A DNA stretch of 64,000 nucleotides. It comes from Candidatus Bathyarchaeota archaeon (lineage in GTDB: Archaea; Thermoproteota; Bathyarchaeia; 40CM-2-53-6; RBG-13-38-9). The notes below the pieces were generated by a model that saw only the letters and a program-made list of their open reading frames with translations, searched no databases and was not told the origin of the DNA. The number at the start of each line of letters is the position of its first letter. The first letter of the stretch is position 1. The stretch covers positions 1 through 64,000 of the forward strand of contig CAWECG010000003.1 of assembly GCA_963807605.1 (NCBI GenBank), in the 5' to 3' direction. Both the position numbers and the translations under genes were made by a program. Positions 10,424-20,782 of this stretch are shown piece by piece.

Positions 10424-10753
10424 CTACAGTTGATAGGCCTCACGAAGCTTGCGGTTAACCTCTCCCCGAAGAGCCTTCCCAATCTCACCGATTTCACCTA
10501 ACATGAGGCTCTTTGAGACTGTTGCAACCTTGTCTAATCTCACGACAGAGCTTCTCTTGAGCCCTGTGCCCGCGAACTCCTCATGATCTTGGCGGATCAA
10601 TACCTCAGTCGGTGACGGTTGCGCGGGTACCCTTGACGACATAAACGCGACGACGCAATCCTTCTCGCTTTCAATCAGAACCAGTGCCGGTCGTAGTTTA
10701 GTGCTTGTCAAATCGGTGAAAGGAAACGGTATGAGGACTATCTTGCCTTTCAC
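10424..10753 (-). CDS. PemK/MazF family toxin
   Basis: GKIVLIPFPFTDLTSTKLRPALVL, GLKRSSVVRLDKVATV. Confidence 0.9.
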   Translation of the reverse strand: MKGKIVLIPFPFTDLTSTKLRPALVLIESEKDCVVAFMSSRVPAQPSPTEVLIRQDHEEFAGTGLKRSSVVRLDKVATVSKSLMLGEIGEIGKALRGEVNRKLREAYQL

Positions 10754-10938
10754 GTGTACGCTACCTTCACGTCCTTCACAGAGTATATTTCTGGCTCACT
10801 TTCTAGGAAGTCCTTGAGAGATTGCTGTGACATAATCATCATTCCGAGTGTTTCGCGGTCATGAACGAGTGAATCAAGTTTCTTATTCAACTGCTCGAGC
10901 ATCTCTTTGATTTCCCTGATCTCAACCTCTATGGTCAT
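10750..10938 (-). CDS. Probable cognate antitoxin
   Basis: Small gene overlapping the toxin start by 4 bp; SQQSLKDFLESEPEIYS C-terminus. Confidence 0.7.
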   Translation of the reverse strand: MTIEVEIREIKEMLEQLNKKLDSLVHDRETLGMMIMSQQSLKDFLESEPEIYSVKDVKVAYT

Positions 10939-11181
10939 GCCTCACCACCCAAGCCAGATTCTCGTTCTCACCATTTATGAGTCCATCGGCCAGAGTACAA
11001 TGTCGAACTTGCCCGAATTTAGGTTTGTCGTGTGTAGAGATCAAGAAGAAACATAGAACTGAGACACCTCACATCTTACTCATTTTTCTTCTAGTGTGCA
11101 GCCGTGGCAGAACAAGTCATCAATGTGTAGGCAGAGCTGAATACATCCAAGATGATTTTTCCGACAGGCTAGCCGCACTCT

Positions 11182-11197
11182 TGGTGAACCGGGCGGG
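11182..11197 (-). repeat. Copy of the tRNA-Ala 3' end (att-like)
   Basis: tggtgaaccgggcggg matches 27983-27998 at 15/16. Confidence 0.65.
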
Positions 11198-11422
11198 GTC
11201 CAGACTCAACTGGGTTCGGAACCCCACTAAGATTGGGGTCCAAATCTATCACAAACCAACAATACTCAATGCTAACCAATTTGCTTTGCGCTTGTCGGTC
11301 ATAATTTAGACCTTACTCATGGCTGTAGAGAGCCATCTTCTGAATTCCAGACAGTCATAGAATAGCGGGCAGGGATCAAGCTACCATCTTACGGTGCTAC
11401 CCAAAAGCGAGCGAAACCGTCG

Positions 11423-11866
11423 TCAACCGGTCCGGAAAAAGCCACCCCAGGTCAGTACTAAAATGGCCATGTAAACGATCAAGAAAACTAGCAATATTGA
11501 AAGATTCATTAACTGAGGATGCATTCTGCTCTCTAGACCGAACATCGGAATGCCATCTTCTTCACCTCGAATTCCTTCTGAAGCCTTTCTACCACCTAGT
11601 CGAGACCCGAGCACTAAGAATGTCCTAACAGGAGGGAGATACTGCTCCTCCAATTTAGTGGACAAATAGTAGAAGGAAGACGCAGCATTAATGCCGCGTT
11701 GAGCAAGGAAATACCAAAATATGCTTAACGCAAATCCCGCAAGACATAGGACAGATATGAATGGCCGCATTAAACGTTGACTAGCAACAACAAGACCAAT
11801 TACACCTAGAATAATGCTGTTCGTCAGAATTATCGAGTTATGCCTACTCTCACCCAAAGCATGCAT
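11423..11866 (-). CDS. Hypothetical membrane protein (3 predicted TM segments)
   Basis: Hydrophobic segments; start uncertain. Confidence 0.5.
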   Translation of the reverse strand: MHALGESRHNSIILTNSIILGVIGLVVASQRLMRPFISVLCLAGFALSIFWYFLAQRGINAASSFYYLSTKLEEQYLPPVRTFLVLGSRLGGRKASEGIRGEEDGIPMFGLESRMHPQLMNLSILLVFLIVYMAILVLTWGGFFRTG

Positions 11867-12092
11867 CGAGCTATAGAGTGATGTCGCGACGGAATATCCA
11901 ACTCAAGCATTCTCCACTTCAACTCGATCCACATTGCTTCTTGACCGTTCGTTATCGCTCAATGAAACACCTTGGACAAATACTATCCAAGTGAGGATCT
12001 TAGGGTTAGACATTACCAAACTCTTTGAGAAGACGCGAGTGCTAAAATAATGTCCGCTAAGTAACTAAATAGGATGGAAAATCAGAGTCAGG

Positions 12093-12404
12093 TCACTCGT
12101 AAAGAGATGCAGGTGGCTTTCCTACCATTCTTGCTAACTCGGCTTTGACGCTATCTTGAAGTTTTGAAGCATCCTTGGACATTACTATGAACTTCGCCTC
12201 GATCGCCCTATTCACAGTCTTATCCTCATACCCAATTCCTCTTAGCATTTCATAACTAATGCAACCGACGAAACTGCCGACGTGAAGCAGCATCTGATAT
12301 ATCCTAGTCAAATCTGGAGGGACACATCTAGCTATGCCAAACCATTTCTTCACAAAAAGTAGCCCCTCCTCAGTTAGAATAACGAGACCCTTTGAATTGG
12401 TCAA
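12093..12404 (-). CDS. Hypothetical protein
   Basis: 103-aa ORF with protein-like composition. Confidence 0.5.
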   Translation of the reverse strand: MTNSKGLVILTEEGLLFVKKWFGIARCVPPDLTRIYQMLLHVGSFVGCISYEMLRGIGYEDKTVNRAIEAKFIVMSKDASKLQDSVKAELARMVGKPPASLYE

Positions 12405-12615
12405 TCACGTCTCAAATGAAGGATTGACGTCCCGAAGAATAAAAATCTAACTCAAATGCTCATACCACTTAATAGTTTCGAACCCTAATAGGCTGACAAA
12501 AACTTCTCGGTCACATTCCCGTCTTATTCAAAGCTTAGGCTTAGCTTGATATCGATTTATGCACTTAACTCGCTATCGATTCCACAAAATTCGGCGGACT
12601 TATTTGCCAGCCTAT

Positions 12616-13983
12616 TTGACACTCCCCTGCCTAAAGACAGGGGATTCTAGCTTCTATCATGTTCATTGGTTGGTGGGTCACTGCCCTTCTAGGCTGCCAC
12701 CTCATTCCATCCCATTTTAGAAGGTTAGGGTGTGTCATCACCCTGATAGCTGTTCCTCCGTAGAGGTTCGCCATATTCAAGACGCCAATAGCATCCCTGT
12801 GAGCTTCCAATCCACATTCTAGACACTTGAAGAGTCTGCCTTTTCTCTCAATGTTCTCTGAGCTGCATCTTATGCATCTACTTGAGGTCTTGTATTCACT
12901 AACCTCTTTGACTCGGATGCCATATTCCTGTGCTGTACACCTTAGCCTTTGAACAGTGTATTTGAAGCTCCAGAAGTTATGGATCATAGAGTTGCTCTTC
13001 TCTCCATTATCATTGTTCTCTCTTATGCCTGTTAGGTCTCCTATCATAATCTTTGAAACACCGAGATCATAGAGGTCTCTTACCATGCTTCTTATCATAG
13101 TGTTGATGGCCTGCCTGAATCTCCGTTGTCTCATCCTGTAGAGTCTGCTTAGTCTCTTCGAACTTTTCTTGCCGTTGATTGTTTCAAGTGTGCTCTGGCA
13201 ATTTGCTATTCTCCTATTCCAGTACCACCAGTCAGAGAGTAGATTTCTGCCACTGTATGCTATTGGTTGTCTCCATCCTTCAAGCCAGATGGTGAACAGG
13301 TTGATTATGCCAGGGTCGATGTAGCATGTCTTGGAGCCTTTCGGCTTGAATAATGGCCTAACCTTAACTGCCTGAAAGACACGCCACTTCCCATCAACCT
13401 CATCATAGATGACCTCGGCCTTCCCTGCTTCCCACTCCATCTCGGCTTGCCTCGGATGGTTATCTTCAACTTCTTTGGCAGTCTCATTACTTCATCCTTT
13501 ACACTGTAGCAGTCTTTTCTCAGAACCATCATTAGCCTGTATTTCCCATCTCTCTTCCAGTATCCTGGCATACACACCTTCTCCATGTTTGGCGGAAGTT
13601 TGCCTTCTCGCTCCATCTTCTTGAGGGCGAAGAAGCTTCTCCATGACTCGTTGCTCTTCCTGAGTATTTGTTGTGTTGTCGATGAATCAATCAGCGATGC
13701 ATATTTCTGGTAGAGGTCTTTGCACTCCCAGTTTATGGGTTGATAGTTCGTGTATGCCTGTCTTTTGTGGTAGGTTGCCTCATTCCAAAGTTTAGCGCAG
13801 TTGGTAGCTCTATCCCTCAGTATCCTCTCTTGCTCCACCGTTGAATCAAGGATGAAGGTGTTAGTTCTCCGCATGAAACTACCAGCATTATTATTGAAAC
13901 ACCAGACATTTAAGCCCCAAACGTCTCACTCTGGTCGCGATTCATCCCACCCCTGAAGGGGTGGGCTTTCTTGCTAGTTCAAT
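12616..13983 (-). mobile_element. IS1341-type tnpB element, copy B
   Basis: Same TTTAC left flank, same hairpins and TCAA right end as copy A. Confidence 0.9.
12631..13874 (-). pseudogene. tnpB: TnpB split by a single-base frameshift near 13420
   Basis: Two ORFs that together align with copy A; aggcc versus agggcc in copy A. Confidence 0.88.
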
Positions 13984-13988
13984 GTAAA

Positions 13989-14036
13989 GTGACATCCTCC
14001 CACGGCTAAAGCCGTGGGTTTTCTTGCGCATTTTCT
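13989..14036 (-). mobile_element. 48-bp PATE-like mini-element, copy 3
   Basis: TTAT flank and TCAC end; 5 bp from the left end of tnpB copy B. Confidence 0.88.
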
Positions 14037-14055
14037 ATAAGGTCTGTCATGATCC

Positions 14056-15426
14056 TTAGTCGGCTACATAGTCCAAAGCATGTTCCAGACTTTTGAAGCC
14101 ATACGCAATAGAATCGAATTGTTGTCTGAGCTCTATCACTTCCTTTCTTAAGGCCTGTCGTTTGTGCTCACTCAGGTTGTCGGTTTTGATGACTTCGGAT
14201 ATGATACTACAAATGTGTTTAATGTCGTCCTCTTTGAATCCTATCCTAGTCATATATTGAAGGCCAACCCTTAGCCCGCTTGGATCTTCTCTACTGTTGG
14301 GCTTATCGTATGGCAGGATTTGCTTGTTCACTATTATGTCTGCTTCCTCAAGTCTCTCTGCAACTTTCCTGCCACCGCCATGTTCTTTTACATCCAGAGC
14401 GATTTGATGGGATTTTGTGTAACCCTGCTTGTGGCCCAAGACATTCAATCCCTCATTGTAAAGGCATTTCCCTGCAGTCTGAGCATTCCTTATTGTCTGA
14501 GAGGCTAATGCTTTGCCGAATATCTTCATTTCCAGAGCGGCTACACCGAGAGCGGGAAACCTACGAGGATGAGTATTGGATGTCGATAGAGGGAAGATCG
14601 CGTGTTGAATTTTCTTTACTGCTCTTTCCATTCGCATGGTCATTTCCCCATCTTGTCGGATGTTTCCAAAGACCAAGCCTCCTTGTGGGCCTGGAAATGT
14701 TTTATGTGTTGAAGAGGTAACAAAATCTGATCCTTCTTTTATGGGATCTTGGAACTCCTTGCCAGCCATCAAACCCAGAACATGTGCTGCGTCATACACA
14801 ACGTATGATCCGATATCTCTTGCAGTCTTCGCCAGTTCACTAACGGGATTTGGGAAAAGGAATAGACTTCCACCAAAGGTTACGATGCCTGGCTTGACCA
14901 ACTTTATGATCTCTTCAGATCCTTCCACGTCAATGTTCAATGTCTCTAGATCATATTTTAGACTCATAACCTCCAGACCTATCACTTCGCCAGCGTTGCC
15001 GGTATAGCCGTGGGAAGAATGTGCTCCGGCTTCCAGTGGAATGCTTAACATTCTCTTGTTTCTACTGATCTCAGATAACCCCCAGAAAGTAACTTGGTTT
15101 GCCTGCAATCCGGAGATCGGTCTTATGTCGATCCAATCACACTCCAATAGGTCTTTCATCATGTCAGTTACAGAATCTTCGATCTTGCTGAGATATTTCT
15201 GTCCTTGATAGTGTCTGGCTGAGACATGTCCTGCATAATCGTTCTCTCCTTCAGAATATCTGCACTGTAAATCTCTGGAGAGGCTTAGCATTTGTTCTAC
15301 GGCAGGGGATATCATTCCCTCGCTGGCGATGAGGTTTATGCATTCCTTGCCTCGATAATTCTCGTTTGCTCTATTTACCTCATACAACTGCAGAAATCTA
15401 CTATGGAATTCCTTTATTCCGCTCAT
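14056..15426 (-). CDS. glyA: Serine hydroxymethyltransferase (archaeal type)
   Basis: INLIASE, YDAAHVLGL, SSTHKTFPGPQGG PLP-lysine motif, PSGLRVG. Confidence 0.92.
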   Translation of the reverse strand: MSGIKEFHSRFLQLYEVNRANENYRGKECINLIASEGMISPAVEQMLSLSRDLQCRYSEGENDYAGHVSARHYQGQKYLSKIEDSVTDMMKDLLECDWIDIRPISGLQANQVTFWGLSEISRNKRMLSIPLEAGAHSSHGYTGNAGEVIGLEVMSLKYDLETLNIDVEGSEEIIKLVKPGIVTFGGSLFLFPNPVSELAKTARDIGSYVVYDAAHVLGLMAGKEFQDPIKEGSDFVTSSTHKTFPGPQGGLVFGNIRQDGEMTMRMERAVKKIQHAIFPLSTSNTHPRRFPALGVAALEMKIFGKALASQTIRNAQTAGKCLYNEGLNVLGHKQGYTKSHQIALDVKEHGGGRKVAERLEEADIIVNKQILPYDKPNSREDPSGLRVGLQYMTRIGFKEDDIKHICSIISEVIKTDNLSEHKRQALRKEVIELRQQFDSIAYGFKSLEHALDYVAD

Positions 15427-15430
15427 TTTC

Positions 15431-16549
15431 TCAACCGACCAGATTAATTTTTGTTGTCTGCTTTCTCGTCGATGATGGCAACATACATGCTTCTTCGAGA
15501 AGTTGTGAAATGTCTCTGATCTTGACCGGCGTTTTTCTCTCCCTCGCTACTTTTCCAAGAGTCAGGTAGCAATGTGGGCAGGATGTAATAACTGTCTCTG
15601 CTGTGATGTCCAGAGCTTCGCCAACCCTGTTGCGTGCGACTTTGCTCGAAAGTTCAGGATAGGAGGTCTGACCCAGCCCCAAGCCGTTTCCGCAACACTT
15701 TGCATTCTTCCTATTCGATTCCATCTCAACGAGCTTGAATTTTCGAAGATGACTCATCACAGCTCTGGGTTCATCTACTATGTTTGAAAATCTTGCTAGA
15801 TAACAGGGGTCGAAGTATGTATAGGTTCCTTTGATCGGTTTGAGAGGGCGTAGTTTTCGTTTGTCCAATATTTCAGTGTAGGTCTGGGTCACATGTTGGA
15901 CCTGGATATGTCTGATCTTCTTCAGAAAGTAATAGCATTGAGGACAACTTGTAACCACGTTCTTATCTTCGAGCATAGCCTGGAGCTTTCCGCTTATCTT
16001 ATCGTATACTTCTGTGAATCCCGCTGCCCATGCTGGGGCTCCACAGCAAATCCCTTTGAGGACTGTGACTCCTAGACCTGCACTGCTCAGACAGCTTATC
16101 GTTGCGTTGACCAGTTCTGGATGTTTTATTGATGAAACACAACCAGGGAAGTACACCAGCTCGCCATCAGGAAGATCGTAGCCTTCGATTTCTTTTCCGT
16201 AGATGTTTCCGCTTAGGTTTATTTTGGATGCAATTGATATTAGTGTGTGAGGCGTCTTTCTGGCAGAGACTAGGATCGTCCTTGTTTTTTGGATGATTTC
16301 TTCAACTCTAATGCCTGCTGGACATGAACTGCTGCAGTGGCCACACATAAGACACTCATAGATTCTATCCACTAGTGTATCTGAGGCCTCGAGTTCTCCT
16401 CGTATGAAGCTTCGTGCCAACCTTATCTTTCCACGAGCCGTCGAAGACTCGAGTCTCTGGACCTCGAGTAATGGTGAGCACCCGTGGCAAAGCCCACATC
16501 TGTTGCAGTTTGCCAGTGAATCCTCCAGTTTGTGGATCTGCTTGGTCAT
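15431..16549 (-). CDS. Fe-S binding CCG-domain protein (GlcF/HdrD-like)
   Basis: Two CxxCxxCxxxC/S-P ferredoxin motifs; CCG and TSCP repeats. Confidence 0.88.
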   Translation of the reverse strand: MTKQIHKLEDSLANCNRCGLCHGCSPLLEVQRLESSTARGKIRLARSFIRGELEASDTLVDRIYECLMCGHCSSSCPAGIRVEEIIQKTRTILVSARKTPHTLISIASKINLSGNIYGKEIEGYDLPDGELVYFPGCVSSIKHPELVNATISCLSSAGLGVTVLKGICCGAPAWAAGFTEVYDKISGKLQAMLEDKNVVTSCPQCYYFLKKIRHIQVQHVTQTYTEILDKRKLRPLKPIKGTYTYFDPCYLARFSNIVDEPRAVMSHLRKFKLVEMESNRKNAKCCGNGLGLGQTSYPELSSKVARNRVGEALDITAETVITSCPHCYLTLGKVARERKTPVKIRDISQLLEEACMLPSSTRKQTTKINLVG

Positions 16550-16559
16550 TTGGAGTGCC

Positions 16560-18005
16560 TCATATCCATTTTCCAGGGTTCATTATGTTGTTTGGGTCGA
16601 ATACTGCTTTGGTTTCCTTCATTATGGCAATCACTTTGTCACTCCATTCGAGGTTGAAGTACTCGTGTTTCTCTGCGCCTATTCCGTGTTCGCCAGTTAG
16701 CGTTCCACCTAACTTGAGAGCGGATCGGTATATCTCTGCCAAAGCCATTCTTGCATTACTCATTTCTTTGGGATTTCTTTCGTCCACCATCACGGTGGGG
16801 TGGAGATTTCCGTCAGCCGCGTGTCCATATGAGACTATTCGAACAGAGTATTTCTTGGAGATGGAGTCCAGTCGAGCAAGATATTCTGGAAGTTTAGACA
16901 CTGGCACAACTGGGTCTCCTTGTATGGCCGTCGGTCGAATCCTGCTTATTGCTCCGTACGTAGCTTTCCTAGCATACCAGAGCTGGTCGGCTTCTTCACG
17001 ATTCCTAGATATCTTGACTTCGAAAGAACCTTCTGTCCGGAAGATCTTTACTAATTTGCCTAGGTTACTCTGAACTTCATTCTTGGAACCTAAACATTCT
17101 ATGAGAAGCAATGCGGCGGCGTGTGGTAACGGGAGACCAGTGAAAGATCTGACTACGTCTATGGCATGTTCATCCATAAACTCTAGAGCGGAGATCGGTA
17201 CTCCTTTCTTCACCACTGTGGAAATTGCTCTTCCAGCTTCAATGGTTGTTTTGAACGATGCTACTACTACAACGTAGCTGTCAGGTATCGGAGCAACTCT
17301 CAGCGTGGCCTTTGTGACTATACCGAGTGTACCCTCTGATCCGATAAAGAGTTCTTTGAGATTGTAGCCGCTCGCACATTTGAAGCATCTTGAACCTACT
17401 TGGATTATCTCTCCAGTAGGAAGGACCGCCTCGAGACTGAGCACTCTGTCTTGTGTGCGCCCATATTTGGGTGAATGCATTCCGGAGGTGTTCTCCCCCA
17501 TCATGCCCCCAAGTGTTGCTGCTTCGCCGCTGCCAGGATCTATGGGGAAGCAGAATCCTTTCTTCCTGAGAAACTTGTTCAGATCCCTTAGAGCTAGACC
17601 TGCCTCACAAGTTACGGTTAGGTTGTCTTCATCAAACTCCCATATTCTGTTCATTCTTGCAAGGACCACTACAATGCCGGCATTAGCCGGCACTGGTCCG
17701 CCACTCAGAGAAGTTCCCGCTCCTCTCGGGGTCACAGGTATACGTTTCTTATTTGCTAATTGCATTATCTTGGAGACTTCGCCTGAATTGCTTGGAAAGA
17801 CAACCACATCGGGAAGGCTTGAATAACATGTGGCATCATAAGAATAGCAAACGAGCTCTGCCTTATCCGTTAAGACATTCTCTTTCCTGACCAGCCTCTG
17901 AAGTTGGAATATGGCGTCTCGAATTTTTTTGGCCGGGAATTCTCTAGTTTGGGGAGATTTGTCAGAAACAATCTGTAGACTGTCGTCTGTTTTCAAGAAA
18001 GTCAC
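16560..18005 (-). CDS. FAD-linked oxidase, glycolate/D-lactate dehydrogenase GlcD-like
   Basis: PRGAGTSLSGG, IGSEGTLG, GHAADGNLH, GEHGIG, DPNNIMNPGK. Confidence 0.9.
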   Translation of the reverse strand: MTFLKTDDSLQIVSDKSPQTREFPAKKIRDAIFQLQRLVRKENVLTDKAELVCYSYDATCYSSLPDVVVFPSNSGEVSKIMQLANKKRIPVTPRGAGTSLSGGPVPANAGIVVVLARMNRIWEFDEDNLTVTCEAGLALRDLNKFLRKKGFCFPIDPGSGEAATLGGMMGENTSGMHSPKYGRTQDRVLSLEAVLPTGEIIQVGSRCFKCASGYNLKELFIGSEGTLGIVTKATLRVAPIPDSYVVVVASFKTTIEAGRAISTVVKKGVPISALEFMDEHAIDVVRSFTGLPLPHAAALLLIECLGSKNEVQSNLGKLVKIFRTEGSFEVKISRNREEADQLWYARKATYGAISRIRPTAIQGDPVVPVSKLPEYLARLDSISKKYSVRIVSYGHAADGNLHPTVMVDERNPKEMSNARMALAEIYRSALKLGGTLTGEHGIGAEKHEYFNLEWSDKVIAIMKETKAVFDPNNIMNPGKWI

Positions 18006-18199
18006 CGCGCAGAAAGGGAAGTTAAGGGTTCTCTTTCGTGGAGTGACCTACTGTCCTCCAGTTGAACCTGACGAACCAGAAGTAGAACACGTTAGCCTAT
18101 CACAAAACAAAAGTTCGTCGGGCATGTAGGCACTCACACTTAGAGCGAGTGCTATGTTGACATTGAATTATTAACGCTTTTGGTGTGCACACGCTAAAA

Positions 18200-18220
18200 T
18201 GGTGCGGGAAGTGGGATTCG
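18200..18220 (-). repeat. Isolated tRNA(Leu-like) 3'-end fragment
   Basis: Reverse complement CGAATCCCACTTCCCGCACCA = T-loop, T-stem, acceptor strand and CCA. Confidence 0.55.
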
Positions 18221-18377
18221 CGCACCAGTTTACCAGCAATCAAAATTTCGACCTGCAAACCATTTTAACTCTCAAGCAGAAAGGAGCATAATGATAGAGT
18301 CAGATAGTTTGTCATATCCTTGGCGGTCACATTTTCAGTAGCAAACCCCCTCAGACTTTGAATTACATAAGCGATTT

Positions 18378-19199
18378 ATGCAACCTCTGAAAATACTTGC
18401 TACGCTTAGGGGTGGTACTACGAAGGTCGTTGTCACTTCCGATCATCACTTGGGTTACGCAGAAGCTGACAAGGAGGCGTTCAACGCGTTCCTCGATTAC
18501 CTTAATGAAAAGAGCGATGTCACGCACATGGTTCTCCTTGGAGACGTAGTGGATATGTGGAGGAGAGACGCTTCAGGTGTCTTTCTGGAAAGCCACGACA
18601 CAGTTGCGAAGTTACTTTCCCTCAAATCCAAAGGAGTCCAGATATTTTACATTGCGGGAAATCATGATTATCATGTCTTGGATCTTGATAGTTCAAAATA
18701 CCCACTTGATTTTAGGAAGGAATTGAGTCTGACTGATGGACAGGTCACTTATCGCTTGGTTCACGGTTACGAGTTCGATCCAGATCAGAAAGCACCCTAT
18801 ATGGCATTCCTGTGTCGAATAATGTCTGACAAGGGCGGTGCTCTGGAGGATCACTTATGGACGGATTTCAATAGTCTGAACAATATTTTTGCGAAGATAG
18901 AGCCCTCTTTTGAAAAAGAGGATATAGCAGCGCTAGCTGGAAGGCTCCAACGGCGTCCCGAGGATAGACTCAAGGACTCCCTCGATAAAGTCAGTTTGAA
19001 TGCATGCAATGAAGTTAAGCCTGGAGAGGTTCTTGTATTTGGTCATACCCACGTTCCTTTCGTTAACAAAGCGGAAAACGTAGTGAACACCGGCTCATGG
19101 GTCAAGGATAGTGCCGTCTACGATACATATGTTGAACTGAGTGATGGTAAACCTCGACTCTTTGTATTCGGCCGACAAGAGATAACTGAACGCATATAA
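18378..19199 (+). CDS. Calcineurin-like metallophosphoesterase (LpxH-like)
   Basis: SDHHLG, LLGDVVD, GNHD, VHGY, FGHTH, NTGSW. Confidence 0.88.
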   Translation: MQPLKILATLRGGTTKVVVTSDHHLGYAEADKEAFNAFLDYLNEKSDVTHMVLLGDVVDMWRRDASGVFLESHDTVAKLLSLKSKGVQIFYIAGNHDYHVLDLDSSKYPLDFRKELSLTDGQVTYRLVHGYEFDPDQKAPYMAFLCRIMSDKGGALEDHLWTDFNSLNNIFAKIEPSFEKEDIAALAGRLQRRPEDRLKDSLDKVSLNACNEVKPGEVLVFGHTHVPFVNKAENVVNTGSWVKDSAVYDTYVELSDGKPRLFVFGRQEITERI

Positions 19200-19342
19200 A
19201 CGCGCGCTAAACCATTGTTGCTGTCTTGGTTGTTCCTAGCGGTAGACGTCTCTGAAATGCTCTGGACTCATCATGTTGAGGAAGAAACCGCAAGAAAGAT
19301 AACTGAAATGGTACGTTACCTCACTAATGAGGTGAATATTCT

Positions 19343-19531
19343 ATGCCCGCAGAACCAAAATTTGAGATTTACAAAGACCATGCAGATAAATTCAGGTGGA
19401 GACTGAGAGCTTCAAACGATCAAGAAATAGCATCTGGCCAAGGGTACGAGTCGAAAGAAGGCTGCATGAAAGGAGTCGAATCAGTCAAGAAGAACGCTCA
19501 TAAAGCCAAGATTGTTGATATGACGACATAG
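19343..19531 (+). CDS. YegP/DUF1508 family protein
   Basis: KFEIYKD..KFRWRLRASN...IASGQGYESK...GVESVKKNA. Confidence 0.88.
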   Translation: MPAEPKFEIYKDHADKFRWRLRASNDQEIASGQGYESKEGCMKGVESVKKNAHKAKIVDMTT

Positions 19532-19889
19532 AACCTCTGAACTTCAGAGGCCTTTCCACCATTTTTATCGTCGCCCTTGCTTCACCAATACTAGCGCGGA
19601 CCCCAAAGCGACGAATCAGTGGACGATATTAGTATAGCATCTAAAACCACTAGACTTTCATGACCGATTTTAAGAACTTATGAAGATGTCGTCGACAAGT
19701 CTGTGGAAGGCTTGTATGTGCCCACAAACGAGATAGATTCACATGCGTCATGATAAGCGCTCGCTACACCATTTCCCCATGTTCTCAGTTTTAAGAGACT
19801 GTTCTATTGAATCTTTTTCAGGATCTTGCCCTCGTGAAACTCTTTAATGTTCAATTGAAGCTTTCTTAGAGTTCAGGCAGGTGTGATAG

Positions 19890-20660
19890 TTGCCTCTTCC
19901 TTTAGTGGAACGTTCAGAGAAAGAGATCGCGCGTATGATCAAGAAGCGAGTTGATGCCATTAAGGATGTGAGGGGGTCCCATCAGATAAGCGTGCGAATG
20001 TCTGGTAAGCGATTTGATGTTGACATGCATTTGTTGCTTGATAGCAACTTAAGGTTTGAGGACGTTCACAAGATAGCATCAGATGTTGAACGAGAAGTGA
20101 AGAAAGTTCTGCCCAAGGCGAGAGTAACAGTGCATACTGAACCATTGGGAAGCGACAAACATGACTTGGGAACAATCGTGAAGGAAATCGCGGAAAAAGT
20201 CCCCGGCTCCAGAGGTGTCCATGACGTTCACATACAGAAAATTGGTGGAAGACTGTGTCTTGACCTCCATCTGGAGGTGAGTGCAAACTCAACTTTGAAG
20301 CAGGCGCATGATATCTCCGATGAGGTAGAGAGAATGCTGAAATTAGCTGACTTGAATCTTTCAGAGATCACGATTCATATCGAAACTGCTTCGGATATGA
20401 TTTCTAACGAATTGAAAGGGGATGGAAATGAATTGAAGTGGTACATTGAACATGCCGCAGAACACTTTCCGCATATTAAGGCCATAAGCGAAGTTGAAAT
20501 GCGTAAGATCGGCGACAAGATGCACGTAGTCATTCAATGCCTCTTTGAACGAAACATTTCTATGAAGGAGGCTCATGAGATTTCAAGCAATCTCGAAAAT
20601 ATGATCAGAAACGCGTTTCCAGAAGTCGACAGAATCGACATTCACGAAGAACCTGCCTGA
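19890..20660 (+). CDS. Soluble protein of three CDF C-terminal (ZT dimerisation) domains
   Basis: Three repeats ending VHTEP, IHIET, IHEEP with AH.I...VE motifs; no TM domain. Confidence 0.8.
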   Translation: MPLPLVERSEKEIARMIKKRVDAIKDVRGSHQISVRMSGKRFDVDMHLLLDSNLRFEDVHKIASDVEREVKKVLPKARVTVHTEPLGSDKHDLGTIVKEIAEKVPGSRGVHDVHIQKIGGRLCLDLHLEVSANSTLKQAHDISDEVERMLKLADLNLSEITIHIETASDMISNELKGDGNELKWYIEHAAEHFPHIKAISEVEMRKIGDKMHVVIQCLFERNISMKEAHEISSNLENMIRNAFPEVDRIDIHEEPA

Positions 20661-20782
20661 AAGTCTCGGTTTTTGTGACAGTGAAACAAAACTCCTATAT
20701 CTCTCTCACATGGCTAGGTGACGGAAAGTCTTGAGGCGGATGCGCTACCACGACGGAGACAAAGGAGAGAGGACCAGGCAAA

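Noticed and set aside
16404-17826. Long antisense ORFs over glcD (likewise over the AKR, SDR, fumC and M1 peptidase genes)
   Set aside because: Shadow frames of well-supported genes.
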